This document shows positions 27,723 to 40,521 of a DNA stretch of 64,000 bases, piece by piece. The DNA is from Chiloscyllium plagiosum (Eukaryota), in the NCBI RefSeq assembly GCF_004010195.1, contig NC_057727.1, positions 37,134,784-37,198,783 of the forward strand. The letters are read 5' to 3'. Positions within the stretch are counted from its first letter, which is position 1, and every line of letters starts with the position of its first letter. Under the pieces are notes generated by a model. It was not told the DNA's origin and did not search any database. It was given only the letters and a program-made list of their open reading frames with translations. A program made the translations under genes and the position numbers.

Positions 27723-27830
27723 ATCAAATAACCTTTCTATATACATCTCCTCATTGACCTTGTCACGCAGGATATCCTGACTTTGGCGCACAAAGGTCAC
27801 GTAGGCATCTGCCAAATCCATCCCAGGTTT
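27723..27830 (-). CDS. CADPS: CADPS coding exon, 108 nt: [36 protein letters not shown]
   Basis: Overlaps ORF 27591-27821; ttttaccAG acceptor, GTaagt donor; matches the CAPS1 C-terminal domain. Confidence 0.97.
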
Positions 27831-28646
27831 CTGGTAAAAAAAAGAAATGTAAAATTACATTAGATTGTTTGCATTATTTTAAAGCTCTAACTTATTCTCT
27901 TCAATAAATACTGAGAGATTTCCTGCACTAGTCAAACAGCAGACAGATTAATGGTATGTGAATGAGGTTTCTGACAGTGATTGACATGTAGCAAAAACAA
28001 AGCCTATTCAACACCATAATTACTTAACTTGACCACAGACAGCGCATTCAGCTATTTAATCTTCATGGAATAAATAGAAAGCTCTCTAAAGCTATTACAC
28101 AGTCCAAAGTTTTCAGATGGTCTAACTCCAACAAATATCATTCTGTGTATACTCGTTTATTTGTATTGTTGCTGAACTTTCACTATAAAGTGAACAATTT
28201 TGTAAATTACGCATTCTTTTCTGCTTGCAGCTTCTATAGTTCTAGTTCACATTCTATTATCTAACCACACATCAACAGCTGGGCCATATAATGACATGGT
28301 GTTAGAAGTTTTCAACCTACTGTTTTGCTAAGTACCTCAGAATTTTCAAATAGCTGGCTCCAATTTCAGACACAAAATTCATGGAAAAAACAAATTAAAA
28401 CTATACAAAAATAGGCAATGAATAAAACAGGCCATCTTAACCTAACCCAGTTCCCTAAAATCAAAGCCTAAATCTAATGTGCGTGGTTCTTCAATTAATT
28501 TGTCTGCTTATCCCCTAAACAATAAAGGGTTAAAGAAACTGGGAAGTGGATGGAAGAGAGTAAAATTCATGTAAGAAAGCCAGTAGTATTTATAACAGGT
28601 AGCTTTAAATTTAATTCTGGATTAGTGGTGCTGGAAGAGCACAGCA

Positions 28647-29290
28647 NNNNNNNNNNNNNNNNNNNNNNNNNNNNNNNNNNNNNNNNNNNNNNNNNNNNNN
28701 NNNNNNNNNNNNNNNNNNNNNNNNNNNNNNNNNNNNNNNNNNNNNNNNNNNNNNNNNNNNNNNNNNNNNNNNNNNNNNNNNNNNNNNNNNNNNNNNNNNN
28801 NNNNNNNNNNNNNNNNNNNNNNNNNNNNNNNNNNNNNNNNNNNNNNNNNNNNNNNNNNNNNNNNNNNNNNNNNNNNNNNNNNNNNNNNNNNNNNNNNNNN
28901 NNNNNNNNNNNNNNNNNNNNNNNNNNNNNNNNNNNNNNNNNNNNNNNNNNNNNNNNNNNNNNNNNNNNNNNNNNNNNNNNNNNNNNNNNNNNNNNNNNNN
29001 NNNNNNNNNNNNNNNNNNNNNNNNNNNNNNNNNNNNNNNNNNNNNNNNNNNNNNNNNNNNNNNNNNNNNNNNNNNNNNNNNNNNNNNNNNNNNNNNNNNN
29101 NNNNNNNNNNNNNNNNNNNNNNNNNNNNNNNNNNNNNNNNNNNNNNNNNNNNNNNNNNNNNNNNNNNNNNNNNNNNNNNNNNNNNNNNNNNNNNNNNNNN
29201 NNNNNNNNNNNNNNNNNNNNNNNNNNNNNNNNNNNNNNNNNNNNNNNNNNNNNNNNNNNNNNNNNNNNNNNNNNNNNNNNNNNNNNNNNN
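28647..29290. other. Assembly gap (N run)
   Basis: Run of n. Confidence 1.
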
Positions 29291-29376
29291 CACTCACCCA
29301 TTGTACTCTACGCTTCTTTCTCCACACCCCCCCCCTCCTCTTGCTTTTCTCTCCCCGCTTCAGGCTCACTGCCTTT

Positions 29377-29414
29377 ATTCCTGATGAAGGGCTTTTTGCC
29401 CGAAATGTCGATTT
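29377..29414 (+). ncRNA. Minimal type I hammerhead ribozyme motif
   Basis: CUGAUGA-A-GGGC(UUUUU)GCCC-GAAA-UG-UC-GAUU; UG is probably a decayed CpG, since sister copies read GAAACGUC. Confidence 0.65.
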
Positions 29415-29579
29415 CGAAGCTCCTTGGATGCTGCCTGAACTGCTGTGCTCTTCCAGCACCACTAATCCAGAATCTGGTTTCCAGCGTCTGCAGTCATTGT
29501 TTTTACCTCAGCTTTAAATTTAATACAATCCTGCAAATAACTGCTCTGACTAAATGTACTTTACAGGACAGTTGAATAA

Positions 29580-29805
29580 AGTCAAATACCACAGATGTTA
29601 GAAATCTGAAATGAACAGAGTGCTGGAGAAACTCAGCAGATTTAGCAGCATCCATGGAGAGAGAAACAATGTTAATGTTTTGAGTTTGGAATGAATCTTA
29701 GTTCTGAAAGAGTCAAACTGGGCCTGAAATGTTAACCCTGTTTCTGTTTCCACAGATGCTGCCAAGGCTTTTGAGTTTCTCCAGCATTCTCTGTATCTAT
29801 TTTAA
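29580..29805. mobile_element. Fold-back Penelope-derived element, same family as 15895-16100, more decayed
   Basis: Inverted arms gctggagaaactca...gcagcatc / gatgctgc...tgagtttctccagc. Confidence 0.6.
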
Positions 29806-31619
29806 ATAAACAACGGTTGCTTGACAATGAGTAATTAGTAGATAGCTCAAATAATTTGCAAGATTCAACAATATTATAAAGTGGATTACATCCTAAAAAC
29901 TAACAGCTAGGTAATTTGAATGGTTAAGAATGCAAATATATCACTGGACAATTTGCAAAATTAATTTTAATGGGGAGAAGACCTGGTGCTCATGGTTTTC
30001 TCTAAGGGATGTTGTTGTATCACTATGGACACTGATGACTAATGGTTTTAGCACTTGCACAAATAGCAAGGATTTTTATACCAGAATTGAAATGAAGGTA
30101 AGCACGATTTGAAGATATTTAGAAATGGCCACTGTTTTTAAAAACATGTATTTTCAGGAAAACGTATTTGAAAATCTCTTCCTATTTACCTTTGGTTCCA
30201 GATGCCGTCCCATTTTCCTAGACACAAGAGTCAGGGAAAATGAGCACAAGCTAATTATGCTGCAGACAGCATAACATTTTGAGTGTTGCTGGGTCTGGAT
30301 GTACAACAACTACAAGTTCTCCAATGAGCTGCCAGTGAGCGGAAGAAAGTGTTCCTGGTCATTTACTCCCTTTTCCTGAGGCTATGATTAATAAATATTT
30401 ATCCAAGTGTAAAGGCATGGAACACAATTCTACGGCCTGTCTCCACAGCCTCATAGGGTCAGTATGTTTGAGTCTGTCACAGCACAGAGTCAGTGTGTAC
30501 GTATGGAGGCTGATGACAGGTAGACAACTGCCTTTTTTGTTTTTCAGTTTTGATTTTAGGTTTGCAGACAAATAGGATTCTCCACAGCCCCATGCTCAAA
30601 CACTGAAGGCTCAATATGTGGCTACAGACCTGAGAAATCAGTTGTTATGTCTCTTTCTTCTTCTGCTGGCACATGTCTGTGATGTGGTGATTCAGTGCTG
30701 GGTGCCTGCAGAAATATTAGTGGCCTAGGAAATAAATACTTCATTCTAATGGCTTCTCAGATGCTTTTCAATCAACTGTTGGTGCAAAGTTGACATCAAC
30801 TCTATCCTGTCATTTTGTCTGCATTGTATCAGTACAAAGTTACACACTTTTAAGAAATTAATTAAACAAATGGAATTAGTTATCAGAGTCACTGGCCAGT
30901 AGTGAGAATGAGGACCTGGGTTTGGAGGAGCCAAAGAATATGGTTCTTCTACAGAAGGATGATAAGCAAGTGCCCTCAGATAAGGAACTCAGTGATCCAC
31001 ATCTCAGGACCAAAACCTTGAATTAAAAAAAAAGCACTCAGGTACATCAGTCTCATATGAAGACAGTGAGGATGGCTTTCACATCTTTTGAAGAATGATC
31101 AATAAATTGGGGTGAGTCTACTATCCATAAAAAAAGTTAGGACAAGAAGCTCTTCACAGCTTTTAGCATACCCTGGTCAAAGCCTAAATGGTATTATTGT
31201 AGTGTTATGTCTCATGGTCAAAATGTCATTGTATCATAGCATGTAACCTGAGGATATAAAGGTTTCATACTCCATCTTACCTTGGATCACTTGAAGCATG
31301 ACACTCTATTGGAAAGATTCTCTTCTGTTGTAAACTAATACCTTCATATTAATCCAAGCACTTATGTGCCTAATAAGTATAATATTTATAGATAATAGTT
31401 TCAGTAAATGACTGTGGATTCTTCTATATAATAACATCCATGCTCAGTTTCTTATATTATGGGACATAAGTATTGTCGCGTTGGGTGTAACTCCTATTAA
31501 TAAGACAACAATCCCTTTGACTGATGCTTTGAACAGAACATTTTCACAAAGCCTAAATGGAATTATCAGATCTGCAATGACAACTCACTCACCTGACAGC
31601 ACAGAAACAGATAAGTACA

Positions 31620-34600
31620 TAGTTTTTAACGTATAACCTTGCGTTAAGTCTACAGCAGTGAGTAGAATGGGTTCTTTCTTGATTATATGTTTTATTGAAA
31701 TCTGTCTCTTGATTAAATTTTAAAAATATAAAACATAAGTACTAAAGTTATCCTGGACCACTGGTTTTTAGAGCAAAATACGGTGCTATTTTCTGGGTCT
31801 GTAGATTGTGAAGGAGCAAAGTTGGCCGAGAGTAGAGTGACATGTTCTTCCTGTCAGATGTGGGAGTTTAGGGAGAGTTTCCATGTTACTGATGATTACG
31901 TCTGCAGGAGGTGTGTATGGTTGCGAATCCTATAAGATCACATTGATCAGTTGGAGCGGCAGTTAGAAGCAATAAGGAATTTACAAGAGATGGGGGTGTG
32001 ATGGATGGCAGTTATAGGAAGGGAGATGGCAGATACAGTCAGGTAGATAGGTTAACTCCAGGAAAGATAAGAGAGGTAGGCAGGTAGTGCAGGAGTCTTC
32101 TGTAGTTATCCCTATTTCAAACAAGTATGCTGCTTTTGAAAATTGACAGGGTGACGGACTCTCAGGGGAATCTAGCATGAACAGCCAAGTTTCTGGTATT
32201 GACACAGGGTCTAATGTAATGAGGGGTATGTCAGGTTCCAAGCAATTGATTGTGATAGGGGACACTCTAGTCAGAAGCACAGCCAGCAGCAAAAATCAGA
32301 ATGGAATGTTGCCTCCCTTGTGCCTGGATCAATGAAATCTCAGAGAGGGTGCAGAATCTTCTCAAAGAGGAGAGGGACCAACAAGAGGTCATTGTTCACA
32401 TTGGAGCTAATGACGTAGGAAGGGAAAAGGATGAGATTCTGAAGGGAAAATATAGAGAGTTTGGCAAGAATTTAAAAAGGTGGTCCTCAAGGGCAGTAAT
32501 ATCTGGATTATTCCCAGTTCTATGAGCTAGTGAGGGTAGAAATAGGAGGATGGAGCAGATGAATGCATGGCTGAGGAGTTGGTGCAGGGGAGAAGGGTTC
32601 ACGTTTTTGGATCATTGGAGTCTCTTCTGGGGTAGAAATGACCTGTACACAAAGGACAGTTTGCACTTGAATTGCAAGGGGACTAATATACTGGCAAGGA
32701 GCTTTACTAGAGCTACTCAGGAGGATTTAAACTAGTAAGGTGGGGGGTGGGACACAGATAGTGAAGAAAGAGATCAATCTGAGACTGTACAGTTGGGAAA
32801 GGGAGCAAGTCAAACAGTCAGGGCAGGCAGGAACAAAGCAGGACTAATAAATTAAACTGCATTTACTTCAGTGCAAGAGGCCTAACAGGAAAGACAGATG
32901 GACTCAGGACATGGTTAGGAACATGGGACTGGGATATCATAGCAATTAAAGAAGCACTAGATTTCAGAGCGCTGCTCCTTTATCAGGTGGTTGCCTGATC
33001 AGGTATGATTCTTGGTAGTGTGGATGATCAGAGAGATCTCGGTGTTCATGTACATAGATCCCTGAAAGTTACCACCCAACTTGAAAGGGTTGTGAAGAAA
33101 GTGTACGGTGTGTTAGCTTTTATTGGTAGAGGGATTGAGTTTGGGAGCCATGAGGTCATGTTGCAGCTGTACAATACTCTGGTGCAGCTGCACTTGGAGT
33201 ATTGTGTTTAGTTCTGGTTGCTGCATTATAGGAAGAATGTGGAAGCATTGGAAAGGGTGCAGAGGAGATTTACCAGGATGTTGCCTGGTATGGAGAGAAG
33301 GTATTATGAGGTAAGGTTGAGGGAATTGAGGCTGTTTTAGTTCGAGAGAAGAAGGTTGAGAAGTGACTTAATAGAGACGCACAAGATGATCAGAGGATTA
33401 GATAGGGGGGACAGTGAGAGCCTATTCCTCGGTTGAGATGGCTAGCATGAGGCTAAATTGAGGGGTGACAGATATTGGACAGATGACAAAGGTAGGTTCT
33501 TTACTCAGAGAGTAGTAAGTGTTTGGAACTGTAGTAGACTTGCCAACTTTAAGGGCACTTAATGGTCATTGGATAAACATATGGATGAAAATGAAATAGT
33601 GCAGGTTAGATGGGTTCAGATTGGTTTCACAGGTCGGTGCAACATCGAAGGCCAAAGAGCCTGTACTGCGCTAATGTTCTATGTTCCAGGAACATGGAAC
33701 TGGGATATTATAGCAATTACAGAAGCACTAGCTTTCGGAGCGCTGCTCCTTCATCGGTTGGTCGCCTGATCAGGTAAGATTCTTGGTAGTGTGGATGAGC
33801 AGAGAGATCTCAGTGTCCATGTACATAGATCCCTGAAAATTGCCACCCGATTTGATTGGGTTATGAAGAAGGCGTATGGTGTGTTAGCTTTTATTGGTCG
33901 AGGGATTGAGTTTGGGAGACATGAGGGCCCCTCAAAGATCAGCAAGGTGGCCTATGTATGGAGCTGCAGGAGATGAAGGAGATACTAAACAAATATTTTG
34001 CATCAGTGTTTACTGTGGAGAAGGACATGGACGATATAGAATGTTAGGGAATAGATGTGACATCTTGAAAAATGTTCTTATTACTGAGGAGAAGGTGCTG
34101 AATGTCTTGAAACATATCAAAGTGGATAAATCCCCAGTACCTGATCAGGTGTACTCCAGAACTCTGTGGGAAGCTAGGAAAGTGATTGCTGGGCCCCTTG
34201 CTGAGATATTTGTATCAACGATAGTCACAGGTGAGGTGCTGAAAGAATGGAGGTGGGCTAATGTGGTGCCACTATTTAAGAAAGGTGGCAAGGAAAAGCC
34301 AGGGAACTATAGACCGGTGAGCCTTACATAGGTAGTGGGTAAGTTGTTGGAGGGAATCCTGAGGGACAAGACTTACATGTATTTGGAAAGGCAAGGACTG
34401 ATTAGGGATAATCAGCATGGCTTTGTGCAGGGGATATCATGTCTCATGAATTTGAATCAGTTTTTTGAAGAAGTAACAAAGAGGATTAATGACGGCAGAG
34501 CGGTGGACGTGTTCTATATGGACTTCTGTAAGGCGTTCGACAAGATTCCTCACTTGAGACTGGTTAGCAAGGTTACTGGCTCAAAGGTAGAAGACAGAGG

Positions 34601-35628
34601 ATGGTGGTGGTGCTTTTCAGACTGGAGGCCTGAGACCAATAATGTGCCACAAGGATTGATGCTGGGTGCACTACTTTTCGTGATTTATATAAATGATTTG
34701 GATATGAACATAGGAGGGATAGTGAGTAAGTTTAGAGATGACACCAAAATTGGAGGTGTACTGGACAACAAAGAAGATTACCTCAGAGTACAAGGAGATC
34801 TTGAACAGATCGGCCAATGGTCTGAGTGGCAGATGGAGTTTAATTCAGATAAATATGAGGTGCTGCATTTTGGGAAAGCAAATCAGAGCAGGACTTATAC
34901 ACTTAATGGTAAGGTCCTGGAGACTATTGCTGAATAAAGAGACCTTGGAATGCAGTTTCATAGTTCCTTGAAAGTAGAGTTCAGGTAGGTAGGATAGTGA
35001 AGGCAGCATTTGGTATGCTTTCCTTTATTGCTCAGAGCATTGAGTATAGGAGTTGGGAGGTCATGTTGCGACTGTACAAGACATTGATTAGGCCACTTTT
35101 GGAATATTGCTTGCAATTCTGGTCTCCTTCCTAACAGAAAGATGTTGTGAAACTTGAAAGGGTTCTGAAAAGATTTACAAGGATGTTGCCAGTGTTGGAG
35201 GGTTTCAGCTACAGGGAGAAGTCTAGGCTGGGGCTGTTTTCCCTGGAGCGTTGGAGGCTGAGGGGTGGCCTTATAGAGGTTTGTAAAATCATGAGAGGTG
35301 TGGATATTATAAATAGATAAAGTCTTTTCCCTGGGGTGGGGGAGTCCAGAACTGGAGGGCATAGGTTTAAGTTGAGAGGGGAAAGATATAAAAGGCACCT
35401 AAGGGGCAGTCTTTTCACACAGAAGGTGGTGTGTGTGTGTGGAGCTATGTGGAGGCTAGTACAATTACAGCATTTAAAAGGCATCTGGATGAGTATATGA
35501 ATAGGAAGGGTTTAGAGCGATATGAGCCAAGTGCTGGCAAATGGGGCTAGATTAGGTTGGGATATCCAGATGACAAGGACGAGTTGGACCGAAGGGTCAG
35601 GTTCTGTGCTGTACATCTCTATGACTAT
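31620..35628 (+). mobile_element. Composite, near full-length CR1 LINE (5' UTR, ORF1, disrupted ORF2 with nested duplication)
   Basis: ORF1 Cys-rich start (CSSCQMWE...CRRC), esterase motifs, then NYRPVSLT, QHGF, DFCKAFDKIPH, VPQG, DDTK RT motifs and ctctatgact tail. Confidence 0.92.
31830..32735 (+). pseudogene. CR1 ORF1 with zinc finger and SGNH/GDSL esterase domain, disrupted
   Basis: IVIGDTLVR, VHIGANDVG and D.LHLN.KG blocks; esterase-bearing ORF1 is established for CR1 elements. Confidence 0.75.
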
Positions 35629-35934
35629 GCAGCCAGACTTGATAAATTTTAGTGCCCTGAAATGTCACAAGCCTCAAGTTTCTTAGGTTTCAGGGAAACC
35701 ATTCCCTGCCATGTACTGCTCAATGTCAAGCCACTTCAAAATAATAGAATATAATCAGAAAAGGAGTCCTCAATGCTTAGCAGCAGCTCTGGAACAGGAG
35801 AATGGATTTCTTAACAATTCCTGCTCAGCATAATTATTTGAAATAAAGACAGCTTCATTGCTTGATGTTTCAGGTTTATTGATCTGTGTACTTGCAACTT
35901 TGAGAGTTAGCTAATGGCGAGAAAATTGCAGACT

Positions 35935-36183
35935 TTCTAGAAAGAAGGGACCCAAGGGGTAACTTGTTCATGCAGAGGGTGGAACATGTATGGAATCAGC
36001 TGCCAGAGGGAGTGGTGGAGGCTGGTACAATTGCAACATTTAAAAGGCATCTGGAAGGGTACATGAATAAGAAGGGTTTGGAGGGATATGGGCTGGGTGC
36101 TGGCAAGTGGGACTAGATTAGGTTGGGATATCTGGTTGGCATGGAAGGGTCTGTTTCTGTGCTGTACATCTCTATGACTCTAC
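35935..36183 (+). mobile_element. CR1 3' end
   Basis: Homologous to 578-870 and 35390-35628. Confidence 0.88.
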
Positions 36184-36479
36184 GTTGGCACATCCTTGAA
36201 AATGAGGAATTTTTAAGAAAGTTTGCTGGATAGGCTTAGCAGAAGCAAGCAAGTACATACTTGCTTTTTTTAAAAAAGAAAAACCATTCCCCATTTATCA
36301 AAACTTCTCGTTTCTCATTTTATTTGTCTTTGTTCTGGAGGCTGATTTCTACCTCCCCTTTTCCAGTTTCTTACCTTATGCCAAGAGTGTAGTGGCACCA
36401 CCACTTATCAAGCTTGTCAAGCTCTAATGGACATAGCTGATAGACTGGTCTACTGCAGGTAGTGAGAGGAACAAATCTA

Positions 36480-37480
36480 GTTGACCTCATTCTCTTTAAC
36501 CTACCTGTTGCAGGTGTATCAGTCCATGACAGGATTGGCAGGAGTGACTAAAGAACAGTCCTCATGGAGCTAAAACCGTCCACCATGTTGTGTGGCATTC
36601 CCAACTTATTAAAATGAATTTCATTTTGAACAGATTTAGTAATGCAAGACTGGGCACTGAAGAAATGGTGTTTGCCATCAGCAGCTAATCTGTAGCCTCA
36701 AGGCCCAACATATCACCCACTCTATTACTAACACCAAATCAGAGGATCAACCCAGGTTCAATGAAGAATGCAGGAGGGCACCAGGTATACATAAAAAGGA
36801 GATGTCAACCTGATGAAGCTATAGCATCAGAATTATTTGCATTACAAAAAAATCAAAAACACTGAGTATAGACGGACTAAGCAACCCCTACAATCATACA
36901 ATCAGGTCAAATCTCTGCAATTTTACCACATCAAGTCATAAATGCTGGTGGTTAACTGAACAACAAAGGAGGAGGTTCCACAAATATTATCATCCTCCAT
37001 TATAGAGAAACCCAGAAGATTAGACTGAAGCATTTGCAACTACCTCCGGCAAGAAATAGCAAGTGGGTGATCCATTTCAGCCACCACTTGAGGTCTCCAG
37101 AATCACATGTTTCAGTTTTCAGCAAAATCGATTCACTCCACATGGCAGCGAGACAGCATTGCAGCAATGGTGCTGGAGACTTGTGTTTCAGAACTAGCCG
37201 CATCCTAAGACAAGCTGTTCCACAATATCAGCATGTACCCAACAACGTAGAGGTTGCTCAGTCATGTCCGTTTGAAAAAAAGCAGCACAAATCCAACCGA
37301 GGCAATTCCTGATCGACCAGTCTACTCTTGATCATTAAAGTGAGAGAAGGTGTTATTGAAAGTTCTATCAAACAGAACTTACCTGCTCACTGATGCTCAG
37401 TTTAGTTTCGTTGAGAACCATAGTTCCTGACATCTTTAGTCCATACATAGAAAAAGGAGCTGAACTCAGAGCTGGGTGGG
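36480..37480 (+). mobile_element. Ancient CR1/L2-clade LINE ORF2 remnant; continues at 40430-41240
   Basis: Decayed RT-like sequence; 40750-40850 translates roughly LDLTIIGCFINALPSIIKSEVGIFAED (FADD-like motif). Confidence 0.55.
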
Positions 37481-37972
37481 AAGATGAGCTGTGAGGAGGA
37501 TGCAAAGATGCTTCAGTGGGCAAATCCATGGCAAATTGAGTGAGTGGGCAAATCCATGGCACAAGAAATACAATGGAGACAAATGTGAGACTATCAGAGA
37601 GGTAAATCAGTATCTGAACAGCAATAGATGGGCAACAGGGGAAATGCAACAAAACCTAAGTGTCTGTTTACACCAGTCACTGAAAGGAAGCAAGCAGCTG
37701 CAGCAGGCAGTGAAGAATGCAAAGAGTATATTGATCTTCATAGTGAGAGGATTCAAGTATAGGAGCAAAGATCTTTTGCTTCAATTGTACAGGGCCTTGG
37801 TGAGACTACACCTGGCGTATTGTGTGTAGTTTTGATATCCTTATCTAAGGAGGGACACTGTTGCTCTGCAAGACGTGCAACAAACATTTATCAGAGTGGG
37901 ATGGCAGGACTGATGTATGAAGAGAGACTGGATCAGTTAGGGCTATATTCACTGGAGTTTAAAAGAATTGGG

Positions 37973-38211
37973 TCAAGATTAGAGTGGTGCTGGAAAAGCA
38001 CAGCAAGTCAGGCAGCATCCGAGGAGCAGGAAAAATCCCTTCATTAGGAATCAGGCTGGGACTCTGGGGAGAGGCGGGGTGTGGAGAGATAAAAGGGAGG
38101 GGGTGGGGTGTGAAGAGATAAAGGGGGGGGGGGTGGGGCTGGGGCGAAGGTAGCTGAGAGTGCAATAGGTGGATGGAGGTGAGGTGAAGGTGATAGGTTG
38201 GAGAGGAGAAG
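37973..38211 (-). mobile_element. Penelope-like terminal fragment inserted in CR1; hammerhead region deleted
   Basis: TSD aaagaattggg at 37962-37972 and 38212-38222; homologous to 29300-29470. Confidence 0.75.
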
Positions 38212-40188
38212 AAAGAATTGGGATGAATCTCAGATACCTATGAAATTCTAACCGGACTTATTGAATACTTTGCATTGGTATACACCAAGGATAAGGGCAT
38301 GGATGATGTTAAGATTAGGGAGGGGTTTGTTGATATTCTCGGGCATGTCAATATTAAGAAAGAGGAAGTGTTGGGTATCTTGAAAAACGTTAAGGTACTT
38401 AAGTCCTCAGAGCCTGATGAGACTTATTCCAGGATACGGAGGGCGGAAAGGGAGGAGATTGCTGGGGCCTTGACATCTTAACGTGTTTATATCTTCTTGC
38501 CATAGGTGAAGTCCCAGAGGACTGCAGACTAGCCAACCTTGTTCCTTCATTTAAGAAGTGCAACAGGGATAATCTAGAAAATTCTAGGCCAGTGAGCCTA
38601 CATCAATGATAGGGAAATTATCGGAAAAGATTCTTAGGGACAGGATTTACTCTCATTTTGAAAAGAATGGACTTACTAGGGATAGTCAGCATGGTTTTGT
38701 GTGGGGGATGTCTTGCCTCATAGATTTGATTGAGTTCTTTGAGGAAGTGCCAAAGATGATTGCGGAGTGAGGATAGTGGATGATGCCAACGTGGACTTTA
38801 CTAAAGCATTTGACAAGGTCCCTCATTGTAAGCTCGTCCAGAAGATTAAATTAAATGGGATCCATGGTGAGTTGGTAGGTTGATAAAAAAAACTAGTTTG
38901 GTCATAGAGAGAAAAAAAAAAGAGGGTAATTGGAGAGGGGTGTTTTTCTGACTTGTGGTCTGTGATCAGTGATGTTCTGCAAGGATCAGTGCTGGGACTT
39001 CTTTTATTTGTAATGTATATACATAATTTAGATTAAAATGTTGGTTAATAAATTTGCAGAAGACTGATACACTGGTAGAGTTATGAATAGGAAGGAAGTT
39101 GTCAAATGATACAGCAGGTTATAGATCGTTTGGAAAGTTGAGTGGAGAAATGGCAGATGGAGTTTAATCTGGACAAGGTCATGCATTTTGGGAGGTCAAA
39201 TGTAAGACGAAAGTATATAGTAAATGGTAGGACCCTTAGAGTCACTGAAATACGGAGGGAGCTTGGGGTATAAGTCCATGGCTCCCTGAGAATGGCAATA
39301 CAAGTAGGTAAGATGGTAAAGAAGGCATACCACATGCTTGCCTTCACTGACCAGGTCACTGAGTTTAGTAGGTAGCATGTCATGTTTCAGCTCTGTAAAA
39401 CTTTAGTTAGGCCACATTTGAAATATTGTGTGCATTTCTGATCACCACACTATAAGAAGGGTGTGGAGGTTTTAGAGAGGGAGCAAAAGAGGCTTACTAA
39501 GTTGTTGCTGGGACTGAAGAGTATTTGCTATAAGGAGAGTTTGGACAAACTTGGACTGTTTTTGCTTTTGCGTCAGAGATCAGTTTACAAAATTATGAGG
39601 GGAATGGATAGGGTGGAACTGTCAAATGCAAGGGGGCACAGGTTTAAGGTGAGAGGAATATGTTTAAAACAGATGTACGATGATTTCTTTACACAACGAG
39701 GGTGATACGTATCTAAAAATGTTGCCGGGGAGATGGTAGAAGGAGATATAATAGCAACATTATACATACATATGAACAATTAGGAAATAGAGGGATACAG
39801 ACTATGTGCAGGCAGATGGGATTAGTTCAAATGGTACTGTGGCCCAGGCAGACATAATGGGCAGAAGGGCCTGTTCCTATACTGTACTGTTCTAAGTAGG
39901 ACCAGACAGGGTAAATACAGGATGTTCCCAATGACCAGGCAGCCCAGAAGTAAGGGTCACAGTTTAATACAGGGTAAATTATGTAGGACTGAGATATGGA
40001 GAAATTTCTCCACCCAGAGAGTTGTGAGCTTGTGCAATTCTCTGCAAAGTGGTTGAGGTCAAAATATTAAATGTTTTCATGAGGAGTTCAATGTAGTTCT
40101 TAGGGCTAAAAGTGATCAAAGGGTATGAGGATACAGTGTGAACAAGATACCGAGCTGGATGATCAGTCTGAGTCATACTGAATGATGG

Positions 40189-40336
40189 GGAGAAAGTGAG
40201 GTCTGCAGATGCTGGAGATCAGAGATGGAAATGTGTTGCTGGAAAAGCTGCTGGAGAAGGGCTAATGCCCGAAACGTCGATTCTCCTGTTCCCTAGATGC
40301 TGCCTGACCTGCTGCGCTTTTCCAGCAACAAATTTC
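40189..40336. mobile_element. Fold-back Penelope-like fragment with mutated hammerhead (CUGGAGA...GAAACGUC)
   Basis: 15-bp TSD catactgaatgatgg at 40174-40188 and 40337-40351. Confidence 0.8.
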
Positions 40337-40521
40337 CATACTGAATGATGGAGCAGGCTTTAGGAGCCGTATGGCTTATTCCTGCTCCTATTTTCTATGT
40401 TTCTATGTTTTAACTCGAGTTGAAGTTGGGTGCTTGCTCTGACATCATGACAACTTTTGACTGAGTATAGTATTAAGAAATCCTAGCAAAGCTGAAGTTA
40501 ATAGGAATCAGTGGGAAAACA

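Larger units (their letters stand above)
28616..29509 (+). mobile_element. Penelope-like element with inverted termini, spanning an assembly gap
   Basis: 28616-28646 is the exact reverse complement of 29441-29471; 15-bp TSD agctttaaatttaat at 28601-28615 and 29510-29524; hammerhead motif at 29381. Confidence 0.8.
37490..40410 (+). mobile_element. Nested CR1 fragments (older element 37490-38260 and 39896-40410, split by a CR1 at about 38260-39895)
   Basis: LYRALVRLHLAYCV, QHGF, AFDKVPH and RGHRFKV motifs; flanks rejoin across the insertion. Confidence 0.8.

Noticed and set aside
28550..29575. Long ORFs of 223-341 aa
   Set aside because: Artefacts of translating the N gap
33894..34937. 145-aa and 200-aa RT-like ORFs as a functional or domesticated gene
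   Set aside because: In-frame stop between them, internal deletion and altered catalytic motif (FRDD): a decayed CR1 ORF2
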